Shown here: piece after piece, positions 27,134 through 41,200 of the stretch | Layout of the letters: the number at the start of each line of letters is the position of its first letter | How positions within the stretch are numbered: position 1 is the first letter of the stretch | Assembly: GCA_002633005.1 (NCBI GenBank) | Contig: NMRA01000087.1 | Coordinates: forward strand, 687,393 to 751,392 | Direction: 5' to 3' | DNA from: Phoronis australis | Taxonomy: Eukaryota; Animalia; Phoronida | DNA length: 64,000 bases | The notes under the pieces: model-generated | Seen by the model: the letters and a program-made list of their open reading frames with translations, nothing else | Told to the model about the DNA's origin: nothing | Databases searched by the model: none | Program-made: the position numbers and the translations under genes

Positions 27134-29530
27134 TACCGTCTTGCGCACGCGGTGAAGATTATATTTTGTCATTAAGACTACACTGGAGTTTTTTGTACCA
27201 AATCATTTTGGGAAGTTGCATCTCGGGACAAACATTGAAATAGACTGAAGTGGACGACCGAGAAGTTACCGTTTTCTCCTTATTTCCAGGAAACTGAGAG
27301 AACATAATTCAACTGTCCGAATCAAGTTTATCAAATGTGTTTGCGAATTGTTTTAAATAGGCAAAAATTGTCTAATATACTTTGATATTTGGGGAGTCGG
27401 TTGATAGCGATTAATTTCACTGAAGTATTATCAATTCCAACAAATTTTGCCTCTCATTGTTATCTACGATTTTAGGAAACATATAGATACATAACAGTGT
27501 GTACCAGAAACCCAAAAATTCGTTGTTAATCGAAACAAAATATCATAAATAATTCCTGAAGACAGATTATTGACGGACATCGGGACTCTGACGAAGCATC
27601 TCACTTGCTGTGGGGTCCTCCCAAGACTTTCCAAATGCATTCTTATTAACGTGTATTTTGGCTCATTCCAGAGGTAGAAACTATGGTTCATGAGTTAAAC
27701 TTTGGATCGTTGAAATCTTTGTTTATAATTGCCAGCAAATTTTCTAGGAATACGAACATTAAGAATTGTTTTTACAAACAATCATTGAACTCTAGTTCTA
27801 ATTCCATGGCTCCATGGTTCTACAGCAAACAACTCATAGTTACGCTGCTATTCTTGTGATACTACGGGGAAAGTATTAACATTTTATAGCTATAAAGCTG
27901 TCAGGAATGTTCGTTATGTGTAATTCATCAAAATTACATCCCTTCGATCATTTTTTGTTGTTTGAGCCGAAAGTCTCTTAAGACTCCTGTGTTACACAAA
28001 TTTGTTTTGTAATTTCCAATGATTTTGGAATCTTATTCTTGCTGCCCTCGTGATTAGTTGATAGGACTGGATTTATAGAGAAGAGAAGACCTCGTGTGAT
28101 TGGTTACCTCTTAATATAAAATATGGAAAAGGGTGACAATTAATTCCTTCATCGTGTGACCCTCCAAGAAATGAAGTGCCTTAACTTAAAATGTTCAGTG
28201 TACGGTATCACATAAACAAGAAAACACAAGCAATCGATTCTATCATTGTGCCCTCTCATCTTCATCTGCTTACTAGACAGAATTATCAGCAAAAACGAAA
28301 AAACGTGGCCCCGTGGATACCATTCACACACTCCCTTAAAGGGGGATGTGCCTCTAAGAAAGAGTCTTTTTAAAAAAAAGGGATATGCGCAACAATTGAT
28401 TCAGACTATCATAAGTTCTCAACGTTTATTAAGTGATATACAGTTTCGATAAAAACGAAAAAATAGAGCGCCTGATAACTCCGGCCATTATCATTTGCCA
28501 GAGAGGGGCCCTCAGCTGAAGAAATAATACGGAACTACCAAAAACTGTCTTCTTGAATATAAAAAATCCAGTGCTCTTGAAAAGCTGTGCTTCACAAATT
28601 TTCTCGCATGTATGAATTATTAAGTGCAGGCTTTCAAGTGCGTTTAGACGACCTATCTGCAAAAAATGGGGGCCCATAACAACAATGTCCTGCCAACTGG
28701 TAGGTGAAAAAAATGTTTTCTTGGCTGAATTTTCTCTTTTCCCCATGCTTCAGTTCACGGTCTTTCCTTTCTCGACTGCCGATGTTTTGGCGACATGCCA
28801 CCCACCATTCACTCATTTTGAGCTTGCAACAATATACACCCAACAGCCCTGCACCAAAAGCCTCATGGCAAAAGCCTTCCGCTGTCGGGACCCGAATCAA
28901 GTTGACCGAACTCTAACCCTGCCCGTTGATATTTTCTATCCTGTTCAATTGTCAACGTGTCTGTCAAGTCCAGTGGCCGTCTTTTTGCGTGAAGTGCCAT
29001 TAAAGTTCACTTATCCGTTCGACAGGCCGTCTGAAATTTCCCCGCGTTGTCGATGTTTTGAGTTGAAAAGAAAGGTTTACAGAGACTCTGTACTGACATA
29101 GTAAATATGACATCGTTCGTTATAAAGCGCTAGTTATGATTTATAGGAATAGTGTACTGGCACCCCACGTCATAAAATTTTTCAGTTACGCACCGGGTCA
29201 ACTCAGGATGCAAGTGACCACTGAGGGACCATGACAACGACTTTTGTTGAGCGACTATGGTGTTGATAATACTGTTGATTCATTTACATTTTAATTCGCC
29301 ATGATTAAACGAAAACCGAATATGGCCTTTCAAAAATACTTTCTGATGATAAAATGCGAGAAAGCGTCTCAGAGTTCATTCATTGGGGTTAGCTCATCAA
29401 AGAACTATTCAGTTTTGAGTACCGACGCTGCCAAAGCTCCTTTGCCTGACCACCAGGATCGCTACTGCCACGAGTGAGGAATCACAGTTGCATTAAGCTT
29501 TGACCTACTTAACGAATTCACGCTGTTTTG

Positions 29531-29586
29531 ATTGGTTCGTTGTTCAAAGAGACGAAGTTTAAATCCCTCACAAGAAGACTTCCGGT
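29531..29586 (+). promoter_or_regulatory. Candidate CENP-E core promoter: inverted CCAAT, two CHR-like elements, ETS site
   Basis: attgg 29531-29535, ttcaaa 29543-29548 (reverse TTTGAA), tttaaa 29558-29563, acttccggt 29578-29586, just upstream of a donor at 29654|gtaagc. Confidence 0.5.
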
Positions 29587-29654
29587 ATATTTCTTCATTT
29601 GTCAAGTCGTTTTTTCTTGTTCAGCAATCAGTTGAACAGTGATCAACTTGGAAA
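29570..29654 (+). other. CENPE: Putative non-coding first exon of CENP-E (start approximate)
   Basis: The first coding exon has an acceptor (tttacag 32216-32222) 1 nt before the ATG, so a UTR exon is needed; this one has a gtaagc donor and promoter motifs. Confidence 0.45.
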
Positions 29655-32223
29655 GTAAGCACATTGTTTGCTCTATAGAGCGTTTGTGACTAAAATAATT
29701 TCAAAATATTTGCTTTCATTGTTATTGTTCGTACATTTTGTTGCTTTCATAATTGTTATACCAATGTGCAATGACTCAAATCGGGAAATCTGTAGTCCAA
29801 GCTCGAAAGATGGTTAAACGGCTGTAGGGCGTACGTGAACTTGGAATTCTGCATAATTTCAAGACTGCCTATGGTTAATCTTGTAATTAAACCATTCGTT
29901 AAAGCAGTCGGGTCATTTATTGACCAGTGTAGAAAATTTTTGTAATTGTTGGCTCCACAGTCACCCATCTTCTCGTTCTCTACTAGTCTAGACTAGAGTG
30001 TAGAACTTGTAGACTGACCACCGTCTCTAGCTGGCCAAGAAGTAGACGTTGAATCTCATATAATAGCTTAGTTCTTAGGCCAGAAGCTTTTCCTCAAATT
30101 ATGCCTCACACTGATTAAAACATCAAAGTCGCCTTGTTATATTCTAAACACTTTTTGCACATACTAGTAGTGTAGTAGTCATAGATTAACAAGGCTTAGC
30201 AGGAGGCCGTCATTCCGTCAATGTCTTTCTTCAAACTCAAACAAATACTCCCATACTTTTTCTTTAAGCAGTCCTTTATTCAATTGCCCAAATCGGCAAG
30301 TGGCCATTTTCAAAACTGCACACTCCTGGACCCTCATTGTCTCTTCTGGGGCCAGTGTTCAAGTTGTCTACAGAACTTGTGTCACAGAATGGAAGGAAAA
30401 TATCGATTATAAATGAATGGCTAATTATTGTTTGGTGTGTAATATCCCCAAGCAGTTTAAAAAAGTCAATAAAGGTTGGTTAAAATTCATGTTAGGCCTA
30501 TTTTATAAACATGTAATTTGCTTTTAATGCTGTGAAAATTTTTATCATCATAAGCACTTGATGTTTAGCTTAATTCAAAGTCGCATATGACGACTTGGCT
30601 AAAATTACAGGTTGCTGAACAAAGTCTGAGGTCGCCAAAAATGCCATCAAAGTCTCAGGTTACCGAAATTAAATCTCCAGGACTGACAAATGCACTGTTT
30701 TCATAAAATAAACAGAACATTTGTGAACCAAAGGTTTTAAATCTTGGAAAAGTGTCAGTAATTTTAAGTTCGAAAGTCACCATAAGCTTTTGGAATACAT
30801 TTCCGAGTAATTATTGTCTCACTTTGATACTGGCTGTGGGGACTTCATGGCAGTCTGGGATTTTCCCCATTTTGCCACACACATTCTGAGGTAGCACTGA
30901 GCATGAATACAGTCATTTGAGTGAACTTGCCAAGTCTCCTATGCTAATCCAAGATCACGCGTATGATGATTTTGAAGTTGAATTCCAAGTTAAAGCACAG
31001 CACAACTCCAGCTTATTTCGGAATTTTTAGTTGGTTACTATTCAGGAGCACAGGCTTATTTATGAAAATACTGTGGCGGCAACTTGCTTGTAGAGCTTGA
31101 TAGGTTGGTTTATTGTAGGTGGTGGTAACTTTGATATTGCCTCAATTGAGTGGCTGGTTGCAGTATTTACTTTTGCTCTCAACAAATCTCCTGTTTACCT
31201 TCTGAATCAAGGGTTTTCTATTTTAACTTGAGAAGCTCAGAATTAAAGATCTCCTTTGTTGAAACAAAGGTGGGGAAAAAACACTTACCAGTAGCAATAT
31301 AACATCAGTTTAATATGAATTTCTCAATTCTGTTGTAAAGTCCATGTATAAAGTTAAGTTATTTTACGCCCTAAACTTATGTAGAACTCATAGGCAAACT
31401 AACATGTTAAAGTATATTGTTTTGTTATTTCATTTTAACACAGTATTTCAAATTCCTCACTTTTTTCGTTCCTGGGAACGGGCTTGTGACGTTTGATTTT
31501 TTTCTGTCCATGCACACGTAGCTGTAGGGCCAGAAGTCATGGTTGAAATTGATTTTGAACTGGTCAGATAATAAAGTGTTTTTTTTCATTGGTGAAATTC
31601 TGAGCCACCTAGGCACTTGCATGGAATAAATAGCTCACTTCAGATAACTGCGCCAGACTGAAAATCGCTATCCCACTAGACGGTAATCAGGTCTTTGGTG
31701 GGCATGCATTAAGCGCCACCTAACAGATCCCATGTAATGCGGATGGCAGGTTTCAACTTACTGGTATAAACAGTGTTTTAGCACCTTTCCTATTATAATG
31801 CCTGCAAATATATTTTCACTGCTGTGTAGTAGAATGTACCAATGGCTTGCGAAAAAAGGCAAACATTTTGAAATATGAATGGAAGAATAAAGACGTCATG
31901 TTCCATATTACCCACTGCGAAGAAGAATGTGCAGCCAAGCCAGTGGCTGCGGTTAATAAAGCGGGAGAATTGCGATGCTACCTGGCATCAAAAAGCTAAA
32001 TTAGTGAACATAAGCTGATGAAACAATGGCATGGCTTGACTCTGGGATTTATTGTACCCCGTTTTCAAATTAATAAACCACTTTGTAGTTGTGAATTTTT
32101 GTCTTGTCTTGTCATCGGAGGTCACTTTTGTGCTCTCATTGCTTTAGAGAGCGCCAACCTGAACAGTCCTTATTGAAAACCACTTGTAACATTGGTAAAT
32201 CTTGTGTTGTTGTTATTTACAGA

Positions 32224-35200
32224 ATGTCTGACAGCATTCATGTGGCTGTCAGAGTGAGGCCCCTTATCACCAGGTAGGAGTCAACTATTTTGGAATTCTT
32301 AATGAAGCGTTCTTGTGTAGTGTTTAAATGCCTGTTAGTGATAAAACTTTAAACGTAGTTGCTTTCCATAAGAATTGACCTCTATAATTTTGAAAACTAG
32401 TGATTTCACACAAACTAGGTGAAGTATAGACAATTAAGCTGATTCCTTCAATTCAACCATCAAGCCACTTGAGATATAAATTCTTTGAAGTGTTTCTTGA
32501 ACTTGTTCATGAGTGTGCTGATGTTTAAGTGATACATACGTTATCCAGGGAGAACAGAGCGCAGTCAGAAGTAGCGTGGAAAGTCCTGGAAGGGAGTGGG
32601 GCTATTATGCAAGCTGATGGCAGTGGACAGCCTTACACATTTGGTATCAAGTTTTGTGTTAAATATAAATACTCCTATATATGAATGATTACTATAAATA
32701 CTCAGTGTATCATTGACTTGTAGCCTCTCAGAAGCTTGAAACACGTTTCACATCCATGGTTTATTTTTGAATGAAGATCCAGGACTTACTGAGTCATGCT
32801 ATGGGTCATTCTACTTTACAATGCCGCAATATTAAAGGATATGTGCTGACTCCAATACCAAAAAATTTGCATCAATTGGTCTATGATGGATAACTGATTC
32901 TAACGAGGATTTTAAGGTGACAAAAGGGTGTCAATCACTGACACATGTTAGCAGACAGAACATCTACATTGGTGCTATCAATTTAAAATGCTTTCTTTTT
33001 TGATACAGTTACATGTTCTGTGTGCAAGTGTTTTTTTTTTTTCTTTCAGATCATGTATTTGACATGTCCAACTCTAACACTGATGTCTATGACAATGTTG
33101 CTGCACCTATAATTAATGGAGCCATGGAGGGATTCAATGGTAAGAACACAATTTGCTGTGTTTTGACTAATAATTGTGACAACTGTCTTAAACCTTACTA
33201 TGAATAGCTCTGCATATTGCAGTCTTGGAATATTCCCCAAGCCCATGATATGTTCAAATCAGTTATAAGCCCACATACGGTCACTAAAACAAACTTGATT
33301 CACACCACTTGGTATGAGATTGCTCATTAGTCAAATTAGAAGTGATTTTTTGGCTTGGAAAGATTACTGCTCTAGAGCAGTCTTCAAATGGCAAATCATA
33401 AGAAAGAATAAACTGACAGTTTTTTCCAAACCTTTAAAGCATATCTCATCTGAGTTGAGATCCTGGTGATACCTGTTAAGTAGCAGTCTGAATCAAAAAT
33501 TATTTTGTGACAGTACTCTTGTTTGTGGATGTATGACTATCCCATCAAGTTTCAAACGTTATTTCTATTTGTGGTGTTTCAGGCACCATCTTTGCCTACG
33601 GCCAGACATCGTCTGGTAAAACACATACCATGATGGGAACAGCAAAAGAACCTGGAGTTGTCCCCCGTGCCGTACAGGACATTTTTGATAATATTGAATT
33701 GGTGAGTAAAGTTGATTGAACCTAGTCTAAAATGTTATTTGTCATTGTGTGTTGTTTGTACATTACAATTTAGCCATGCTTTTGTTTGCCAACCTTTAGA
33801 TTTTTGCCCTTTCAGTATAAATTCTGTTCATCTTGGCTATGTAAGACAAAGTGCTACCATGGCTTAGTGGACTTAAAATATTTTTTACTGCAAGAAATTA
33901 TTCATAAACTGTATACCATGTAGTACTGAAATCTGATTTTGGCAGAGCAATTTGCATTAAAAATGCTGCTTCAAGCAATATGGATTGTCACCACATCACT
34001 CTGTTTTTGCATGTAATTTTGTGATTTTTTTTCAGATGAGCAACAGGGAATTTCTGTTTCGTGTTTCGTACATGGAGATATACAACGAAAATATCTCTGA
34101 CTTGCTTAACTCTGAGAAAAGATCTCTGAGGATCCATGAAGATTCTGTAAGTAGAGGGTAGTTGTCTTGACTTTAACAACCCAAAATATGAAGCCTCATT
34201 TTGAAGTCGAAGACTCGACTCAAGGATGGTGAAATTAACCAAGGTGCATCACGTTTAGAAGACATTGTTGGCAACTTGGTGTTATTTGAAATTGTTATCC
34301 AACAATTCTTTGTTTCATGAAAAGTTTGGTGCTATGCTCTCGCTTCACCATTATCAAATAAAAAGTTTAGTCGTGTAATTTTTAACACATCACTGCCCAC
34401 AAATAATGTGTTCAATTTTTCTCAGTGCGTATCAGTTTTGGGTATATTCTCGGATATTCTATTCTATTCTTTTGCAAAAGTGAGCTCCCGATTGTTTTCC
34501 AGAAATGGTTATGCGGAGCATAAAACCAAATTTCTGTCTTAAGTCTCAGATCACTTTTCACAAAACAGACCTCAGGTGTCCTCTGTGTTCTGAAAAGCTA
34601 AGCCTTCCTTCTTTCAATTAATTTCAAACATTGGAAACGCTTCACTTTATTTGAATATTTTATACCGATCTATATCTGTCCCACAGTTGTGCTATTGAAA
34701 AACGTGCCAGCTCTGATGTTTGTTGTCTTACTTTCCCTGAAAACCTTGTTTCTGGATGATTGTCTTAATGTTATGTTGGGCCTTATTGAGAAATGTCAGT
34801 TCAAAGTCAGTTATCAGAAAAAAGTAGTATATATTTTTTAAAAAATAGCAATCAAGGTTTTGAAAATACGCTTGATACTTGCGCTAACTTGGCCACCTTT
34901 TAACAAAGTTATGTTCAAAGAACAACAACCACTTTAGTAGTTGATTTTAATTAAATCTTTTTAAATGAAAATTTGTTGCCAATTCTTTCAAATATGTTGT
35001 CAGGAATTTTTGATTATTCATTTAGTTTGGTTTCTATGCCAAATTAACCAGAAAAACAAAAGTATTATTGTAAAAAAACAACAGTTATATTGGTCTAGTA
35101 CATTTAAAAATCATATTAGCATAAAAATTGAAAATTGGAAAAAAGTTTCAGTGAAGTCCACACAGCCATTTTCGAGAACTCTTGTTCCTAAGTTCAAAAT

Positions 35201-38200
35201 CAGTTGATTTGCCAAATCCGAAAATGTTGGGTGTCGTAAAGAATCAAGGTTTTGCTTTAATAATTATTCAATGAAAACTTGTTGTTGGTCAAACAACCTA
35301 TACATGCCTCAAACGTTTTCATTATTTCAACATTCATTTGCAATGTCAACTGACTTTCCAGTGCGTAATCAATTTAATTATCTCTAAAATATTTTTTCTT
35401 GAAGGAAAAGCACGTGTATGTGAGTGGACTGACTGAGGAGGTTGTGAACTCGGCTGAAGCCATCTATACTTTGATGAAGAAAGGAGATGGTAGGTTAAGA
35501 TCACTCACCACTAGTAATTATCCAGAGGTTTACATGTCTTACTTGTACTTTAAAACCTGGCAAATAAGGCCATAGCCTTATATGGCCTTACATTCAAGTA
35601 TGGCTTGATATTTGAATGTAAGTCCTTGGCCTTTTATTAAGGATCATTTGCATTCTGGCATGAACAAAGCATTAATTCAAAAATAAAATTTGCAACATTT
35701 GTATTATTTGTTCAACTTTTCCATGGAATAGTTTTATCCATCCAATGTTCTCTTACCTTTGATAGTAATTAACATTTTGGTCATATTTGATTGTCAGAAA
35801 ACACAAGTTATACAATATTGCTCTTACATCCATTGCATTTGTAAATGTTTCCCTTTAATATAAGAATGTGGCCTTATATGCCAGGTGTGTAGTAGTGTTC
35901 AAATCTGAGCAACGCCATCTTTGAAAACCTGTGTTTAGTTCATGTTTTCATTTGTTCATTTTTAATGTGGCGAGTGAGTAATCTTAATTACACATGATAA
36001 AACCATGGAATTCATAAATTGCTTCAGCGGAAAAAATCCCCACTATCTTGATTTACTTGATTATGAAATTTGCTATTGATGTTCGACCCAGTTAGCCCTG
36101 TGGGACTGTAATATTCTGTCTCTTCTTGCGAAGCTCAGCAATACCTTAATAAATGTTTGCATTTATACCAGTGAAATGTCTAGTTCAAAAGTATTGTGGC
36201 TTTAAGGTTTTCGAAATTGGTATTACATTCTCTTCACCTATCTGTTATTTTTCTGAACCTATAAATGTGTTTATGACTACTGAATATTTAATGGTCTGGC
36301 ATTTTTTAAAAGCTCCCATGGATATCGTGAAAATTGGATATGTTGTGAACCATTTTCTATGGCACTGACTTTGTTCACTGCATTGAATGTGCTAGGGCCA
36401 CTTGTTGTTTTCGCCCACTTGATGAGTGATCTTTTGTACATTGGAGCAATTTACATGACTACATATCATGTGTGTTTCAGCTCAAAGAAGAGTTGGTGAA
36501 ACTAACATGAATGAGAGGAGCTCTAGGTCTCATACAATTTTTAGAGTGGTACGTATTGATGACTACACGTGTCTGTGTGTTTTGTTTCAATGACATGATA
36601 GCCCAAGTCTCATTGACAGCCATAATTCTGTTTTTATACGTCTTCAACGTCTGCTTTAATGTTTTGGTTTATTTGTTTTAGTTATTGGGTGAAAACTGTA
36701 TGTAACATTTCATGATCGTTTGTTCAAGTTCTTTCCTACTTGAATGTACAGTTGTTAAACAAATGTATAAGATGAACCATGTTGTTTCAGATCATAGAAA
36801 GTCGAGAGCGGTGCTCAGACAGTCGTAAGTCCAACGACGGAGCTGTTAATGTGTCACATTTGGTAAGGTTTATGACATGACCATTCGTAACTGGATGTTG
36901 CTGATTTTAGATGTGAATCGACAGATAATGAGAAATAATTGTTTTAATCTCATATGTTCATTTGTTAGAAAACTATTGAACGGTTAATAAACATTTACAT
37001 TAGGACTCAGACCTGTCACAAGAATGATACAAAACTGCTGCATAAAAACAAACAATTGTTGTAATAGTAGTCAATGTATATAATTTGGCTTTGTGTTGCA
37101 GAACCTGGTTGATCTTGCGGGCTCGGAGCGTGCAAGTCAGACGGGTGCTACAGGAGAGAGGCTGAAAGAGGGTTGTTCTATCAACAGGAGTCTCTTCATG
37201 CTGGGTCATGTGATCAGTAAACTGAGCGAGGGCGAGTAAGTCACGTTGTATTCACAGTAGGCGCACTATTCTACCCTTCTGTGTTAAGCTCCACGTTTGA
37301 CTTAACATTCAGTCCTAAAATTTCCAGATTTTTGCTTTTTTTGAAACGCCTATGCAAAGCTTAACGAATTTTAGTGTAACAAACCGTCACAAGTTTCACC
37401 AACACCTTGCCTTATTCTTGTGGGAAAATTCACATACTCTTTATAGTTTGCCAAATGATATAAATGTGGCTCTCTCTGTGTTTACGGGGCTGTTTGGATA
37501 AATGCCCCCCCCCCTTCCAACTTCTGAAAAAGTTGTATAAGAATTGTTATATCAATGATATTGCCAGGCTAAATCAACATTTTAAGTCAAACAATTCAAA
37601 ACTGGTTTTAGTTCATGCATTTTGGCGTATGGTGTTGTATTTAGAGTTCTATTGTCATGTGCAGTAATGAAGCAGTCATACTGCTGATTAATAACGTTTA
37701 ACTAATGCTGTTTTAGATTATAAGTAGAAGACCTGGATGATGAGAACCATTACTTATTTCAGTGAAGTGTGGAAATATGATGCGAATATTTTGTCCGGTC
37801 AACACGCCATGTTTTTGGTCACATCACGGTCAGGGACAGAAATCTTTTCCTTAGGTCTTGTGATGTGACCAAAAAGATGGGGTGCTGACTGGACAAAATA
37901 TTTGCAAAATAGTAATATTGTTAGTAATTTGACAATATTGCTGACACAACATACAGCACATTGGCCTAGCCTGAATGTAATGATTGTCGGCCTTTCCCAT
38001 TGTGTGTCTGTTTTTGATTCTGTTACAGCCAGTTTGTGAACTTCCGTGACTCCAAGCTGACTCGCATTCTTCAGAACTCTCTCGGTGGCAACTCCAAGAC
38101 GGCCATTATCTGTACAGTCACTCCGGCATCCATTGACGACACTCTGTCTACACTGAAGGTTTGTGACCTATCCCGATAATTTCAAATTATGACTACAGAT

Positions 38201-41200
38201 GCCTGTTGCAAAACCCTTTGCAGTGGTACTCACTTTCGTAAGCAGACGTCCTGGGTGACACAAATGCCATATGTCTTCTTACTCTGTATTCTCTGTTCTG
38301 AATGTGTTGTGGAGTTACTTGTTTTTTTCTGTTTGGTGTTATATTTAGCAGGGGCGGATCCAGGATTTTGAGAAGGGGGGACAGGGCAGAGTATTAGCCA
38401 GGATTTTGCCTGTCAGACATTCGCACCCCTGTACTTCCAAATGGAATCTGGGAGAATTTTGGGGAGGCCATGGCTGTCTTGGCCCCCCTCTAAATCTGCC
38501 ACTGCATAGTATTAAAGGAAATAGTCCTCCTATCATTATTACTCACGTTACTCTGCTCTGTGTGGGAGTTAAAAGAAGTCTGATGTCTCTTGTGATGCAT
38601 CAGATGTGCACAGGTCTCATGGTTAGGTCCATTGCACGAAATACCTGAGCTAAAATTCACAAGAACCCTATTATTGATCAACAGGTTCTTCATGAAAGAA
38701 GTTTTCAAGTGTTCCTGTCTATTTTAAGAAAATTGACAGACTTCTTTTTGTTGCTATGCAATACATGTTGGAGGCATCTAATGGTGCCATCCAGTTGCTT
38801 GTTCTTGAGCCTATAAAAAGCTGGGAAAGACTCTAACAGGCATTTAGGCCACCCATATCCCCCGTGATGTGTCTGCGTCAGGCTAGGTTACAGTGACCTG
38901 TTAAAATTTGAATGTCTTATGCCCAATGTGTCTAGACCCAAAGAGTTTTCTGAACCTTTTGATTTGATCACATTGGAAGAGTGTGAGAGTGATATGTAGT
39001 AGGTATCACTACTGTTCAAATTCCTTTTCACAATCCTCTGTTCTGTGTAAGAGTTATACATAGTAGGGAGATAACCGTGGTATCACCGTCGTTCATGTTC
39101 CTTTGTGACCCACCACCACAAAACGAGTCTTAAGTCGGGATTTGTAATTTTTTTAATTGTTATTTTTTCTGAAAATACAGTGTTTTCTGATCATTTTGAG
39201 GTATGAAACATGTCCTTATCTTCACAAATGACCAAGTTATTGCCAATTCTAGCCGGGGAAAGCGAAAATTTAGAGCTTTCAAAAGTCAAGGAAAATGGCC
39301 GACAAAAAGTGCCGATAGTGTCTTTAAAATTTCCCTAGCAACCTGCAGTTGAATGCTACATTTCAGACTTATTAGTATACACAACATAAACAAATAATAA
39401 AAGGAATCAAAAATTAGATAGAATATAGACCTTATTGTGTAATCTCAGCCAAAAACGAGTGATATTTATGTTGGGTTGCCGCAACTGGGTCAATAAATTT
39501 CCCAGCTAATGTATACAGGGTCAGTCCACTTGTGGCAGGAGGGGTTACCGCAAGTAAAACAAGAAGTTAAAGTGTATTTTGGAGAAGTTTAATAAAATGA
39601 AGTCTTGTAGATTACAAAATATACGTTCCTGGCTGATTTTTGTTCAAAATAATTCAAAATTTTACGGTAGTGTGAATAATTTTGAAAAAAATGACAATCA
39701 CTCATCCCTATCCAAATCCACTGACACTGACTGAAGAGCAACAATTTCCTCGACTTCTCACCGAGTGATTCAGCCCTATCGAAGATTGTTCAGTCTTGCA
39801 GTAATATTCAGCTGCTTGCACCCCGATCGACTGGCTTTGCAGATACAAGACATTGTTGTGCGATTAAGGGCTGTTCCAGCAAAATCTGTATGGGAGGGGG
39901 GGAAGGCACTTTTATTTCGTACCCACCGCCCATAATTTTCATTTATTTCTCCAACCCATGACCCATAATTTTTTAATTATTTTTAATAGGTTAAAATATA
40001 AAATCCAACACTTGCAAACAAATTGCCTCCAGGAGGACCTGTTAAGAACTTAGATGATTGACAGACCAGAACCAATANCATGACCATTCGTAACTGGATG
40101 TTGCTGATTTTAGATGTGAATCGACAGATAATGAGAAATAATTGTTTTAATCTCATATGTTCATTTTTTAGAAAACTATTGAACGGTTAATGAACATTTA
40201 CATTAGGACTCAGACCTGTCACAAGAATGATACAAAACTGCTGCATAAAAACAAACAATTGATGTAATAGTAGTCAATGTATATAATTTGGCTTTGTGTT
40301 GCAGAACCTGGTTGATCTTGCGGGCTCGGAGCGTGCGAGTCAGACGGGTGCTACAGGAGAGAGGCTGAAAGAGGGTTGTTCTATCAACAGGAGTCTCTTC
40401 ATGCTGGGTCATGTGATCAGTAAACTGAGCGAGGGCGAGTAAGTCAAGTTGTATTCACAGTAGGCGCACTATTCTACCTTTCTGTGTTAAACTCCTCGTT
40501 TGACTTAACATTCAGTCCTAAAATTTCCAGATTTTTGCTTTTTTTGAAACGTCTATGCACAGCTTAACGAATTTTAGCGTAGCAAACCGTCACAAGTTTT
40601 ACCAACACCTTGCCTTATTCTTGTGGGAAATTCACATACTCTTTATAGTTTGCCAAATGATATAAATGTGGCTCTCTCTGTGTTTACGGGGCTGTTTGGA
40701 TAAATGCCCCCCCTTCCAACTTCTGAAAAAGTTGTATAAGAATTGTTTTATCAATGATATTGCCAGGCTAAGTCAACATTTTAAGTCAAACAATTCAAAA
40801 CTGGTTTTAGTTGGTGCATTTTGGCGTATGGTATTGTATTTAGAGTTCTACTGTCATGTGCAATAATGAAACGGTCATACTGCTTATTAATAAAGTTTAA
40901 CTAATGCTGTTTTAGATTATAAGTAGAACACCTGGAAGATGAGTACCATTATTAATTTCAGTGAAGTGTGGAAATATGTTGCAAACATTTTGTCCCGTCA
41001 GCACGCCATGTTTTTGGTCACATCACAGTCGGGGACAGAAATCTTTTCCCTAGGTCTTGTGATGTGACCAAAAAGATGGCATACTGACTGGACAAAATGT
41101 TTGCAAAATAGTAATATTATTAGTAATTTGACAATATTGCTGACACAGTATGCAGCACATTGGCCTGAATCTGAATGTAATGATTGTCGGCCTTTCCCAT

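Noticed and set aside
28336-29101. TTAAAGGGGG Kolobok-like end and the 138-aa ORF 28685-29101
   Set aside because: No matching opposite terminus found; the ORF has no domain or splice support and is probably repeat-derived.
37000-37209. Repeated minus-strand [12 protein letters not shown] (also 40203-40412) and other antisense ORFs over CENP-E exons
   Set aside because: Antisense shadows of kinesin or coiled-coil exons, repeated only because the segment is duplicated.
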